This document shows positions 27,822-36,348 of a DNA stretch of 55,100 nt, piece by piece. This DNA is from a virus. Its lineage: Duplodnaviria; Caudoviricetes. Location of the stretch: IMG/VR virus record IMGVR_UViG_3300045256_000036, positions 1-55,100 of that record; one strand, 5' to 3'. The position numbers and the translations under genes were made by a program. The notes under the pieces are model-generated. The model searched no databases and was not told where the DNA came from. It saw nothing but the letters and a program-made list of their open reading frames with translations. Numbering within the stretch: the stretch's first letter is position 1; the number at the start of each line of letters is the position of its first letter.

Positions 27822-28074
27822 ATTCCAAACGTATGTTAGCTGCAAACTGTTAGCTGCCATTAAGGTATGATTTTCTCACTGCGTTCGAAAATCATGGTTA
27901 TTTGGTTGTTAGTGATACGAGGGGCATCCACTTCGCTTCGCTACGTTCCTCCCAAGCGAGGTTGTTAGTTTTCGCACATTCGAACATGGTTGTTAGTGTT
28001 CTGGGCTCCGCTTCGCTCCGCCCTTCGGGTTACCCGTAAGCCAAAGGCTTCCAGTTAAAACCTAATCGTTCCGA

Positions 28075-28380
28075 TTATCCCCCACCCCACAGGTCCCCCA
28101 ACCCCCATTATCCCCCACCCCCACCCCAGCGCCCCGGGCGGCGGCGCCCTCGGATGCACGCGCCTCCCATGCACGCCACGGCGCGCCCGAGCGGCGGATG
28201 CACCCGCGGCGCCCGGCCCAACCGGCCACGGCCGGCCCAGGGTCCGATGCACCCGCCGATGCACGCGCGGCCCAGGGCGCCAGCGCACCTGTGAGCCACG
28301 ACGCCCACGGCCCGGCCCGCCCACCCATGCACGGGCGTCCGATGCACCGGCCCGCGCCGACAGGAGGCCCGCCCGGCCCT
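28075..28380. repeat. extremely GC-rich non-coding island with 7 ATGCAC repeats and C-tracts
   Basis: ATGCAC at 28154, 28169, 28198, 28247, 28259, 28327, 28342; ccccaccccac runs at 28079-28128. Confidence 0.8.
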
Positions 28381-28608
28381 ATAGTAAAACTTTGGCGCTG
28401 GTCCGACCCTTCCGACGTGTCGCACGGCTCTGAGTGCCTCTTGAGGCTTCCCTTTCGATCCTTGGCTACGTACCATAAAACCATACCATATAGCTCCAGT
28501 TTATCTTTATCCCTGGAAGTAACCTTGGCTCCTTAGTCCTAACTTTTCGTACAACCTCGGCTTCTTTAACGGTCCAAAATAAATTTTGAGTACGACTATG
28601 AAAAGTAC

Positions 28609-28638
28609 TTGTTTTCTCCCATGTTTTCGCTATATAAT
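28609..28638 (+). promoter_or_regulatory. early promoter with CTCCCAT box
   Basis: ttgttt-tctcccatgttttcgcta-tataat. Confidence 0.75.
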
Positions 28639-28784
28639 ATTTATATATAACTAACGAATGGATGTTAGTTATATAGTGTCCACTGGAAGGAACCAAACAC
28701 TATGGATCCACAAACAGATCGCCTTAGAGAAGCGTTCAAACAGTTATCTCTTCCAAGTCTCTCAACCCTAAAGGAGAACCTAAG

Positions 28785-29006
28785 ATGGATCGTCCAATCT
28801 GTCCGATCTGTGATGACGACACAGACAACATTAGAGTGATGCATCCGGGCGATCGTGAAACGATGCCATTCTACGTAGGCACCTGGTGTGCCTGTGGATG
28901 TATCTTCAACGAAGTAGACAAGACAGTCTATGTCATAGGAGACGCCTTAACTGACGCGCAAATCCAGTTAATCAAAGACAAACGGAAGGAGAACCTGTTA
29001 AAATAG
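28785..29006 (+). CDS. small Zn-ribbon protein
   Basis: CPIC...CACGC; AAGGAG RBS. Confidence 0.6.
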   Translation: MDRPICPICDDDTDNIRVMHPGDRETMPFYVGTWCACGCIFNEVDKTVYVIGDALTDAQIQLIKDKRKENLLK

Positions 29007-29124
29007 CTCAACAAAGGCCCCATGGGAGAAACCACGTCAACCACGTCAACCACACCAAAAAATCACAGCTCCCAAGGCGTGATGAACGGTCCAAAAGAAA
29101 TTTTTGCCCTCCCAGCAAAAGTAC

Positions 29125-29155
29125 TTGATTTCTCCCATGGGCTTTGCTATATAAT
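29125..29155 (+). promoter_or_regulatory. early promoter with CTCCCAT box
   Basis: ttgatt-tctcccatgggctttgcta-tataat; shares upstream aacggtccaaaa with the 28609 promoter. Confidence 0.75.
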
Positions 29156-29194
29156 TATAGTGATGAAGCAACACATCACATACATCAAATAGTG

Positions 29195-29241
29195 ATCTCA
29201 TAGGTTACAGGCCTCTCGAGAGTTCGATGCTCTCATGAGAT
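29195..29241 (+). ncRNA. anticodon-less tRNA-like element E1
   Basis: atctcat agg-ttacagg-cct ctc gagag-ttcgatg-ctctc atgagat. Confidence 0.75.
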
Positions 29242-29313
29242 ATGCGCTACGAGCGCAACTCGGCTCCTTAAGCTAAAGTAATTAAGGTAGCCAACCTTGA
29301 CAGGAGAAGAACG

Positions 29314-29772
29314 ATGAGCAAGCGCAACAACAGCGGCGCTAACACCTCGATCGTCGTGACGGCGAAAGCAGGAACGAAGACCGAGAAGATCCTTGAGGCG
29401 TACAGCCGACTTGGATCGGTTAAGGCCGTCGCTGAAGAACTCGGGATCAAGTACCAGCACGTTTACAACACGCTGCGTATGAAGCAGATCCAACCCAACA
29501 CGACTCGCTCCAACAACGGTGTCTCGCTCTCCGATGAGATCGTCAAACTTCACGGATTGGGCAAGACCACCGGCGAGATCGCGAAGATCCTGAGTGCTCG
29601 AGAAGATCGGCAGGGCAAACCGGTTTCGTATCAGCAGGTTTACAATACGCTGAAGAATCGGGATCTACTGCCGAATCGCGCCGAAGCTGCTTCCGTCGAG
29701 ATCGAGATCGATCCGAGCAGCTTCATGTCGATCGATGACGAAGCTGAAGAGATCGCGCCTGATCTCGCCTAA
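29314..29772 (+). CDS. tandem HTH protein (YQxVYN family) with acidic tail
   Basis: VAEELGIKYQHVYNTL and IAKIL...VSYQQVYNTL; AGGAG RBS. Confidence 0.8.
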   Translation: MSKRNNSGANTSIVVTAKAGTKTEKILEAYSRLGSVKAVAEELGIKYQHVYNTLRMKQIQPNTTRSNNGVSLSDEIVKLHGLGKTTGEIAKILSAREDRQGKPVSYQQVYNTLKNRDLLPNRAEAASVEIEIDPSSFMSIDDEAEEIAPDLA

Positions 29773-29789
29773 CAGCCTCAACAACAGAG

Positions 29790-29838
29790 AAGCCTGAGGG
29801 ATAATGGCCCCAAGAGAGTTCAAAGCTCTCACAGGCTT
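29790..29838 (+). ncRNA. anticodon-less tRNA-like element E2
   Basis: aagcctga ggg-ataatgg-ccc caa gagag-ttcaaag-ctctc acaggctt. Confidence 0.75.
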
Positions 29839-29890
29839 TGTTAGCAATCGGGCTAACTAGTCGCACAACGCGACATAACACTCAGAGAAG

Positions 29891-30085
29891 ATGGATCCAC
29901 AGAATCCCTTCAAAGAAGGCACAGCCTTGTGGTGGCTGCGAAACAAGTTTAAACATGTTAGCATCTACACCACTCACACAGAAGTCATCGTTGACGTCTA
30001 TAACGACATCAATGAGATCGAAGTATCTGTGACCGCAGCTAATCTCGATGAGGTGGTCGAGAAGCTCAAGGAGGTCTATCGATGA
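29891..30085 (+). CDS. hypothetical early protein
   Basis: ATGA overlap with the next gene. Confidence 0.6.
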   Translation: MDPQNPFKEGTALWWLRNKFKHVSIYTTHTEVIVDVYNDINEIEVSVTAANLDEVVEKLKEVYR

Positions 30086-30396
30086 GCTCCGAGAAGAAGC
30101 AGTCCTGGGTGCTCGACGTAGGCGTTAAACTTTCAGAGCACGGTTGGGACTTCTCCATGGATCTGTGGGAGAAGGCTAACGATGTCGTACACACGGCTGT
30201 AGGCTTCGAGTCATCTTCAGCTGGAACTGGATTCGGTGTTCGAGACATGCAGTTCTACTTCGACACCGAAGACGATGCTAAAGCCGCTGGTAAGCGTGTC
30301 ATCGAAGCCTTAAAGACAGCTAACCTCGAACTCTCTTACTGCTCAACCTTTGAAGAAGGTGAAGATGAAGAGGGAGATGAAGATGAGGAAGCATAA
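30082..30396 (+). CDS. hypothetical acidic early protein
   Basis: GGAGG RBS; SAGTGFGVRDM motif. Confidence 0.65.
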   Translation: MSSEKKQSWVLDVGVKLSEHGWDFSMDLWEKANDVVHTAVGFESSSAGTGFGVRDMQFYFDTEDDAKAAGKRVIEALKTANLELSYCSTFEEGEDEEGDEDEEA

Positions 30397-30502
30397 CAAA
30401 CAAAGGCTGAAGCAACTGCTTGGCGACCTCCTGATCATGGTGTTGATCGTCGTAGCAATTGCGGGCTTCCTTGGAGTGGTGTATCTTCTAGGAAAGCCTT
30501 AG
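30383..30502 (+). CDS. 39-aa membrane peptide
   Basis: MRKHNKQRLKQLLGDLLIMVLIVVAIAGFLGVVYLLGKP; GGAG RBS. Confidence 0.5.
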   Translation: MRKHNKQRLKQLLGDLLIMVLIVVAIAGFLGVVYLLGKP

Positions 30503-30603
30503 CACTATGAGCCACAAACAACTTCGTCTCCAGATCTTACTAGCCGTCCGGAGAGCTGAGTGCAGTAGGCTAGAACGAGAGCTCGCTAACCTCAAGTCAG
30601 AAA

Positions 30604-30924
30604 GTGAGAAACGTAATATCAGAGAACGATCGACCCGATCGCGAAGAACTGGACGAGATGTGCGACCAGGTTAACGACCTTCCAGAGCGAGAAGACGTAT
30701 TTCATGGACTCACTGTCCAACAGGCAGTTGATAAGATCATGAGCTGCGTTAAAATTCCAGAGCGTGATGAGGTCGCGTTCAGGGAGTATGCTCAGTACGT
30801 CGTTACAGGCTACGCACTTCTACAACTCCTCTGTCTTGATGTAGCTGAGGTAGTGTCATGGAACGTTGAGCTTGGCGAACCGATGTTCAGGCTTAAGCAG
30901 GAGCCACCGACCACTCACAATTAG
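30604..30924 (+). CDS. hypothetical early protein
   Basis: ORF track; co-oriented. Confidence 0.55.
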   Translation: MRNVISENDRPDREELDEMCDQVNDLPEREDVFHGLTVQQAVDKIMSCVKIPERDEVAFREYAQYVVTGYALLQLLCLDVAEVVSWNVELGEPMFRLKQEPPTTHN

Positions 30925-30931
30925 TTTCAAG

Positions 30932-30980
30932 TTCAGCTAGGGATTATGGCCCCAAGGCGGATCATTGCCGCCAAGCTGAA
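30932..30980 (+). ncRNA. anticodon-less tRNA-like element E3
   Basis: ttcagcta ggg-attatgg-ccc caa ggcgg-atcattg-ccgcc aagctgaa; D-arm and linker nearly identical to E2, while the stems differ but still pair. Confidence 0.7.
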
Positions 30981-31016
30981 TCTAGACAAACAGGTGTCTA
31001 GAGATAAGAGGCTGAC

Positions 31017-31352
31017 ATGGAAGAAGATCGTCTACCTGACCTCTCACAAGTAAAGCTCCAAGACGGAGAATACTGGACGCTGCAACACTGGTGTCCGAAG
31101 CATGATTGTCCGATCCAAAGCGATCAGTCTAAGATGGATCTCGATGATCTAGGTAGGGAGTATTTCCAGGACGACAATCGATACTGTCCAGGATTCTCAG
31201 ACATCGAGTCGGCCAAGATCAAAGAAGTTGGTGACAAAAAGTTCGACTGGAACAAATGGTACGACGATGAGGATTGTTCCTTAAACTGGAAGGTAACACC
31301 AATCGTCGTTAACTCCAAGGAAGAACAACACGACGCTAAAGTGGGAGAGTAA
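31017..31352 (+). CDS. hypothetical early protein
   Basis: GAGG RBS; Cys/Trp motifs. Confidence 0.6.
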   Translation: MEEDRLPDLSQVKLQDGEYWTLQHWCPKHDCPIQSDQSKMDLDDLGREYFQDDNRYCPGFSDIESAKIKEVGDKKFDWNKWYDDEDCSLNWKVTPIVVNSKEEQHDAKVGE

Positions 31353-31481
31353 ACGTCGCTAGTCGCTCGCCTGCCGCCGTGAGTAAGCTTTCTTTCCGGG
31401 CCCGCTTACGGCAGCAGGCAGCTCAACTTCCATGTTCAGATGTCTTAAAAATTTTTAAGGACCTTCGAATTGGGAAGTTAC

Positions 31482-31511
31482 TTGTTTTCTCCATGGTTTT
31501 TGCTATATAAT
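31482..31511 (+). promoter_or_regulatory. early promoter with CTCCAT box
   Basis: ttgttt-tctccatggtttttgcta-tataat, 18-bp spacer. Confidence 0.75.
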
Positions 31512-31583
31512 TATATTGATGAAACTAGAACAACCGAACAGAGTTAGTTTCATTACAACCTCTCAACTACCTACAGACAGCAG

Positions 31584-31988
31584 GTGCAGAGTATGGCTAA
31601 GTCAAGGCCTCGTAAGCACGCTCGTAGAAGAACGAACTACAAGTTCTTCAAACTCCACTTCAAACTCGGTACTCAAGAACTTCCTTTGAGCGAGTTTCCA
31701 GAATGGGCACAAAAGTTTCTCGGTGAGTATGGATGCGAACTGAGGAAGATGCGTCCACGTGACTTCGACGCAGTGATGCTAATGCGTCTTCTGAGTGCGT
31801 TGGACAAGGTGCCTATCCCAAACAGACCTCACTGCTGTGAGATCAGAGATCCAGTGGGCAGAATTGTTCGAAGATTCTCTCGAGTGAGAGACTGGAACAT
31901 ACCACATCCAGATCTCGATGATAAGGTCAAGCAGCAGGAGCTCGAGCGTAAACAAGTCGAAAAAGATCTAGCTACTCGTAGGATCTAA
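31584..31988 (+). CDS. hypothetical basic protein
   Basis: ORF after the promoter. Confidence 0.55.
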   Translation: MQSMAKSRPRKHARRRTNYKFFKLHFKLGTQELPLSEFPEWAQKFLGEYGCELRKMRPRDFDAVMLMRLLSALDKVPIPNRPHCCEIRDPVGRIVRRFSRVRDWNIPHPDLDDKVKQQELERKQVEKDLATRRI

Positions 31989-31998
31989 ACGGCTGGTT

Positions 31999-32199
31999 AT
32001 GCGTTCGAAGCAACAAGAGCGTAAGCTCTGGGGTCTATTCTACTACGTAAAAGGTCGAAGGATCAGATACGGTAGTAGAGAATTCCTTTCAGAGTTGTCG
32101 GCTCGCATTATGGCTGACGCTCTGAATGCGCAACAACAAGAAGCCGTCAAGAGGGGCGGTTCTCAGTACAGGCCACTTGTGGCAGAAAGGTTAAGCTAA
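31999..32199 (+). CDS. hypothetical protein
   Basis: TAATG coupling to the next gene. Confidence 0.55.
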   Translation: MRSKQQERKLWGLFYYVKGRRIRYGSREFLSELSARIMADALNAQQQEAVKRGGSQYRPLVAERLS

Positions 32200-32429
32200 T
32201 GCGTAGGAACTACGGTTTGTTCTTCGATATCAAGACTGATGAGGGCGTCAAGCCTAAGCAGTTCGATCCGAAGAACAGAGTCTACGCTACAGAGCAGTAT
32301 GGTGACCTTGCTCTTACTACTGCGATGCATGAAGCTCGCGAGTTGAACAGGAAGCTCGGTCGGCCTAAGCTCTATGTTCGTCGGATCGACAAGCTCACGG
32401 ATGAGCAGTGGCTCGACATGCAGCTCTGA
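32199..32429 (+). CDS. hypothetical protein (possible paralog of 31999-32199)
   Basis: Both carry (W/Y)GLF...A..LN...R(P/L) patterns. Confidence 0.55.
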   Translation: MRRNYGLFFDIKTDEGVKPKQFDPKNRVYATEQYGDLALTTAMHEARELNRKLGRPKLYVRRIDKLTDEQWLDMQL

Positions 32430-32527
32430 TTCAAGGGGGCTAGAACATGGGGGCTAGAACTAAACGATGGATAGAGATTTTTGGCACATCCCGCCTGACG
32501 ACCAGTAGAGTTAGTTGAGTAGTTGGT

Positions 32528-32577
32528 TCTCTAGGCTGACAGGCAGCTGCGAAGAGGGTTCAATTCCCTCCTAGAGA
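32528..32577 (+). ncRNA. anticodon-less tRNA-like element E4
   Basis: tctctag gctg-acagg-cagc tgcgaa gaggg-ttcaatt-ccctc ctagaga; ends 2 nt before ATG 32580. Confidence 0.75.
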
Positions 32578-32579
32578 GT

Positions 32580-32969
32580 ATGAGCAAACGAAGATTCAAT
32601 AGCTACAACTGGGAGGCAATGGGAAGCTATCCTCCTACGTTCAAGGCTGACTTAGGTAAAAATTTTTCGGAGCCTGAGTCAGTAGAGACTCCTCCTCCTG
32701 ACTTGACTCCTGAAGAGCAAGTAGCTAGGGTGCTGTCTGCACTAGTAGCTAGGGAGTATTCAGCTATAGATGGCTATAACCTAACTCCTACACTTAGACA
32801 GATAAATAAAATTTATAGTGAGCTCGAGAAGTATGTTAAATCTACAGGAGGCATTATCGGCAATGTCATGAAGTGTGAAGCAGCCATCAAAGCTGAATGG
32901 CACAAACATGTAACTAATGCTGCTGCTGTCGACCTAACTGATTTCGATCCTTATGAGGATGAGTCTTAG
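32580..32969 (+). CDS. hypothetical protein
   Basis: ORF bracketed by elements E4 and E5. Confidence 0.6.
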   Translation: MSKRRFNSYNWEAMGSYPPTFKADLGKNFSEPESVETPPPDLTPEEQVARVLSALVAREYSAIDGYNLTPTLRQINKIYSELEKYVKSTGGIIGNVMKCEAAIKAEWHKHVTNAAAVDLTDFDPYEDES

Positions 32970-32970
32970 T

Positions 32971-33012
32971 AGTCTCAGTAGGCGTAGAGAGGTTCGATTC
33001 CTCTCTGAGGCT
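32971..33012 (+). ncRNA. tRNA-like minihelix element E5
   Basis: agtctcag taggcgtag agagg-ttcgatt-cctct ctgaggct; no D stem but retains GG. Confidence 0.7.
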
Positions 33013-33097
33013 TGTAAGCATTCCGCGGAGAGTGCGGCGCGGCTTACACTCTCTCCGATCGTGGAGAGTAGCACCCTGACAGAAGGGGTGAATATGA

Positions 33098-33421
33098 ATG
33101 GATCCGGGTAATGGTAGGCAAGTCTCAAAAGCACAACGCATTAGAGACTTGGCAGAGCAGCGTAAGAGTATTGCAGAGATCATGCAGATCATGCAAGAGG
33201 AAGGTAGGCCTGTAAGCTATCAGCACGTTTACAATACGCTTACCTATTCTCGAAAGCTCAAGGATCCAAACGAAGCATACAAAGCTCGTAAGGCTATGGT
33301 TCATCATCGTGATGACGGGCCTCGGTCGCTGGAGGAGCGAGACGAGCTACGTACGCGTAGGGAGGGTGTGCGAGCTCGTGAACGAGAGCTGAAGGAGAAC
33401 AACAATGCCGCTGATGGATGA
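33098..33421 (+). CDS. HTH protein (YQxVYN family)
   Basis: SKAQRIRDL...SIAEI...VSYQHVYNTL. Confidence 0.75.
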   Translation: MDPGNGRQVSKAQRIRDLAEQRKSIAEIMQIMQEEGRPVSYQHVYNTLTYSRKLKDPNEAYKARKAMVHHRDDGPRSLEERDELRTRREGVRARERELKENNNAADG

Positions 33422-33722
33422 AGACGAACAGCTTCCGCCTGAACTTCAGGCAGTTCAAGACGTCTCAGACGACAAGACAAGAAATCTGCTTACCATCCTA
33501 AGGGATGAGCTTGGCTTTGAACTGACCGAAGAGTTCGTAAGGGGAGTAGTAACTTGTCAGGCTGTGCAACTAGCGCTATCGGGTAGTCCTTACGTTGTGG
33601 TAGCTCTAACCTTAGTTGCGGCTCAGAAGGACATCAGTGCTCCTGAAGCCGTGCGTAAGCTCGTAGATTACTGTGTTAGGCGTGCGCTTCGCATTCGCGA
33701 AGTAATGTTGAAGGAGATTTAG
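33405..33722 (+). CDS. hypothetical protein
   Basis: AAGGAG RBS. Confidence 0.6.
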   Translation: MPLMDEDEQLPPELQAVQDVSDDKTRNLLTILRDELGFELTEEFVRGVVTCQAVQLALSGSPYVVVALTLVAAQKDISAPEAVRKLVDYCVRRALRIREVMLKEI

Positions 33723-34091
33723 ATGTCGTTCAATCGTCGCAATGCAGCTCCTGTCAAGGAGCCTCGTCGGGTGCTTCTCGGAAGCTTGAAGGTTGGCAGG
33801 GAAGAAGTTCGTATCAACCACGCGATCTTCGAGCGTGACGGGGAGGCACAACCGCCTACGATGGACATTCGTCGGTGGTGGTTCGACGATAATGATGATG
33901 CTCAACCTGGTAAGGGATTGAACATTCCTAAAGCCAAGTGGGATGAGTTCGTCACTCTCGTCAATGAGGCTGATTCCAAGCTCAAGGAGCTTACCGAGAA
34001 AGCTAAAGAGCTTAGGGCTCAGAGAGAAGCTGAGAAAGCTTCTAAGAGCTCAAGCACTGAAGCTGTAATGAGTTTGGAGGATGTAGACTAG
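33723..34091 (+). CDS. PC4/YdbC-like single-stranded nucleic acid binding protein
   Basis: MDIRRWW...PGKGLNIP...W motif (DIRxW...KG). Confidence 0.7.
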   Translation: MSFNRRNAAPVKEPRRVLLGSLKVGREEVRINHAIFERDGEAQPPTMDIRRWWFDDNDDAQPGKGLNIPKAKWDEFVTLVNEADSKLKELTEKAKELRAQREAEKASKSSSTEAVMSLEDVD

Positions 34092-34100
34092 TCAAGCAGT

Positions 34101-34150
34101 AGCCTTGTAGCGTTAAGGGCTAATGAGATGTTCGATTCATCTCCAAGGCT
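34101..34150 (+). ncRNA. anticodon-less tRNA-like element E6
   Basis: agccttg tagc-gttaagg-gcta at gagatg-ttcgatt-catctc caaggct. Confidence 0.75.
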
Positions 34151-34194
34151 TGCTTCAATAAAGAGGCAATGCAAGGGAGTAAAGAAAGGAACTC

Positions 34195-34527
34195 ATGAGC
34201 GAAAGAAGAAACAGACCGCCTAGGAGGCGTAAGGTGAAAATCAACCTTGCAGAGCATGACAGAATCGTTGAGTTGTATCGGCAACTGATGCGGGGATGTA
34301 TCACAGCAGGAAGACCTCTTACTGATGATTACATTCAAGGTCTAGTTGACTCTAGCGTAGTGCTTGGTGCAGCGTTCAACATGATTCACCAAGACACAGC
34401 TGAAGCTCTAGTAACGTCAGGAGTAGAACTTACTCAGAAGCTTCAGGAGATCAGAGACATGTTAGAGGGTGACGAAGGTCATCGAGTGTCTGATGATCAC
34501 AGTAGCGAGAAGCCTAAAGGCTTGTAG
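34195..34527 (+). CDS. hypothetical protein
   Basis: AAGGA RBS. Confidence 0.6.
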   Translation: MSERRNRPPRRRKVKINLAEHDRIVELYRQLMRGCITAGRPLTDDYIQGLVDSSVVLGAAFNMIHQDTAEALVTSGVELTQKLQEIRDMLEGDEGHRVSDDHSSEKPKGL

Positions 34528-34543
34528 ATGAAGGGAGAGTATA

Positions 34544-34996
34544 GTGTCGTCGCTAAACTTTTTTGTCGTAACAGAACACAAGGAAGATAATAAAGCCGTT
34601 GGCGACATTCACATCGTCAAAGCTTTTCCTTCTCAGAAGCAAGCTAGAGAGCATTTGTCTAGTTTGATCGAACGGAACGAGAAGTTAGGACACACTTATG
34701 ATCATGTGACAGGCGACATCTATCGCGTAACAACTCCTAAGAGGGTGTACACGATTAAGATTGTTGACTGGCAGTACATGTTCAACAAGAGAGTGTTCGT
34801 CACATCTTCGATGTTCACACGAATCGGATACAACACCAAGCTTGCCAAGTTGTATCTCAGGTTCAAGACTAACAACTCTCTGTGGAGTTATGACTGTCCT
34901 CCTGCGATGTTCAAAGCGTTGTTGACTGCTAACAGTCTTGGTCAGATCTACAACGCAGCCATCAAGGGAAAGTACGACGGCAGACAAGAGGAGTAG
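34544..34996 (+). CDS. KTSC domain protein (C-terminal)
   Basis: VTSSMFTRIGYN...LYLRF...YDCPPAMFKALLTANSLGQIYNAAIKGKY. Confidence 0.75.
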   Translation: MSSLNFFVVTEHKEDNKAVGDIHIVKAFPSQKQAREHLSSLIERNEKLGHTYDHVTGDIYRVTTPKRVYTIKIVDWQYMFNKRVFVTSSMFTRIGYNTKLAKLYLRFKTNNSLWSYDCPPAMFKALLTANSLGQIYNAAIKGKYDGRQEE

Positions 34997-35000
34997 TTCA

Positions 35001-35231
35001 GTGGCTTGGATACCAGTCGTACCAGAACACACACTGGTTCCATATCATGTCTGCACTAGACAAGATCCATGGAACGAGCATAAGAGTAGGCGTGCATGTC
35101 ATCCTCATGCGAAGCCTATTGGAAAGCTAGAGAATGCTGGGAGCAACAAGTTCTTCTGTCCTTATTGCTCTACAGTGTTCAGGGTTATCTTAGTAAGACA
35201 AGGTTCAGGAGTTCCAAAGGAGAACAGATGA
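35001..35231 (+). CDS. small Zn-ribbon-like protein
   Basis: GAGGAG RBS before GTG; CHPH...CPYC. Confidence 0.5.
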   Translation: MAWIPVVPEHTLVPYHVCTRQDPWNEHKSRRACHPHAKPIGKLENAGSNKFFCPYCSTVFRVILVRQGSGVPKENR

Positions 35232-35806
35232 AGCGAGCAGCCAACATCTCACGCGAGATTCTCTATACTTGGGAGTGGCAGAAACTCAGAGTCAGTCTGA
35301 GCTTTGCTACTCTCATCGACACGAGGGAAAGTATTGAGACGCTCAATGCTTACCTTCTAAATCATCACTTCGATGATCCTATCGGGAATCGCATTACCCG
35401 TGTGAACAACATGATGAATGCTACCAAGATGGGAATGAACGGACAGCTAAAGCTTCACGCTGGAACAAACAAAGCTGTCGAGCTGAAGCAGATGATTCTA
35501 GAAGTCTCACGTATGCAGTTAGTCGTCAGTGCTATGCAGCTCGAACACTCGATGGTTCTAAAGGAACCTATCTTGGCTGTGCAGCGAGACGATCTCACAC
35601 GAGCGTACTACGAAGAGCCAACTATCTTCAAGAAGGTTCTTCAAGACTTGACGAAGAGGTTCTACTACGGGAAAGGTGCGAGGATCAGTCCTAACGACAA
35701 TACCGCGATGAACAAACGTATCAGAGATCGACCAGAACTCTGGCGCTACATCAGACTCATGGAAGATGTGGCTAACAGCGTAGAAAGGAAAAAGGCAGCA
35801 GCTTAA
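35228..35806 (+). CDS. hypothetical protein
   Basis: AAAGGAG RBS before ATG 35228 (the track's longer start is unlikely). Confidence 0.6.
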   Translation: MKRAANISREILYTWEWQKLRVSLSFATLIDTRESIETLNAYLLNHHFDDPIGNRITRVNNMMNATKMGMNGQLKLHAGTNKAVELKQMILEVSRMQLVVSAMQLEHSMVLKEPILAVQRDDLTRAYYEEPTIFKKVLQDLTKRFYYGKGARISPNDNTAMNKRIRDRPELWRYIRLMEDVANSVERKKAAA

Positions 35807-36261
35807 TGGTGACCAAACTTGTAGGCGTAGTTCGTACGAGTGCTGACGTAGGTGTACTTATGATAGCTGAAAGGCTAAACATTCCCACAAGTGGATGGGC
35901 ACCAGGAAACATATCTTTAACGGAGGAGGGACGTAAGAAGTACGGTATCAAGAAAACCAAAGCTGTAAACGTTCACAAGGCTATCGACCTCAGTACAAGT
36001 GAAGCTGACAAGATACTTCTTTTTACCTTCACACCGCCGGATCCTCAACTCAAGAAGATCGTCGAGCAGGTAACTAAGAAGCCTTGTTTCGTGTTTGAGA
36101 CTGTCAGAAACATGACAGCCTTAACTGACAAGATCATGGAGGCAAGAAAGTTCATCCATGGAGAAGACGGTAAGGACAAATGTAAGCTGTGCGTCATCAC
36201 GGACATGTGCACAGACAATGCTGAATTCAGACTGACCGTGCTCAGTATGCTAGCTATCTAG
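35806..36261 (+). CDS. SLOG-superfamily (putative molybdenum carrier / YpsA-like) protein
   Basis: TSADVGVLMIAERLNIPTSGWAPG resembles the TGADxAaL...giptgGwaP motif. Confidence 0.5.
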   Translation: MVTKLVGVVRTSADVGVLMIAERLNIPTSGWAPGNISLTEEGRKKYGIKKTKAVNVHKAIDLSTSEADKILLFTFTPPDPQLKKIVEQVTKKPCFVFETVRNMTALTDKIMEARKFIHGEDGKDKCKLCVITDMCTDNAEFRLTVLSMLAI

Positions 36262-36276
36262 AGCCTAACACAAGGC

Positions 36277-36320
36277 AAAGAAATGGGGAGTAAGCCTAAT
36301 AGCCTACTCCCCTTCTTTTT
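36277..36320. terminator. bidirectional intrinsic terminator between convergent arms
   Basis: aaagaaat-ggggagta...tactcccc-ttcttttt. Confidence 0.7.
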
Positions 36321-36348
36321 GGCCTAGCTTTAGGCTTATCGATTGGCT

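Noticed and set aside
28055-28536. Four overlapping ORFs (89-140 aa) in the GC-rich island
   Set aside because: Low-complexity G/R/A/P translations in several frames with no RBS; explained by stop-codon scarcity in GC-rich DNA
29030-29056. aaccacgtc tandem repeat, and the ggggctagaac duplication at 32437-32460
   Set aside because: Only 2-3 short units with no spacers; not CRISPR-like and no function can be supported
29195-34150. E1-E6 as ordinary tRNA genes, decayed tRNAs or intrinsic terminators
   Set aside because: No anticodon arm, so not functional tRNAs; the same deletion with intact pairing in divergent copies argues against random decay; no U-tracts, and three-way topology is unlike terminators
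27197-36261. Lysogeny module
   Set aside because: No integrase, ParA or CI/Cro divergent pair recognised; the HTH proteins lack a peptidase S24 domain
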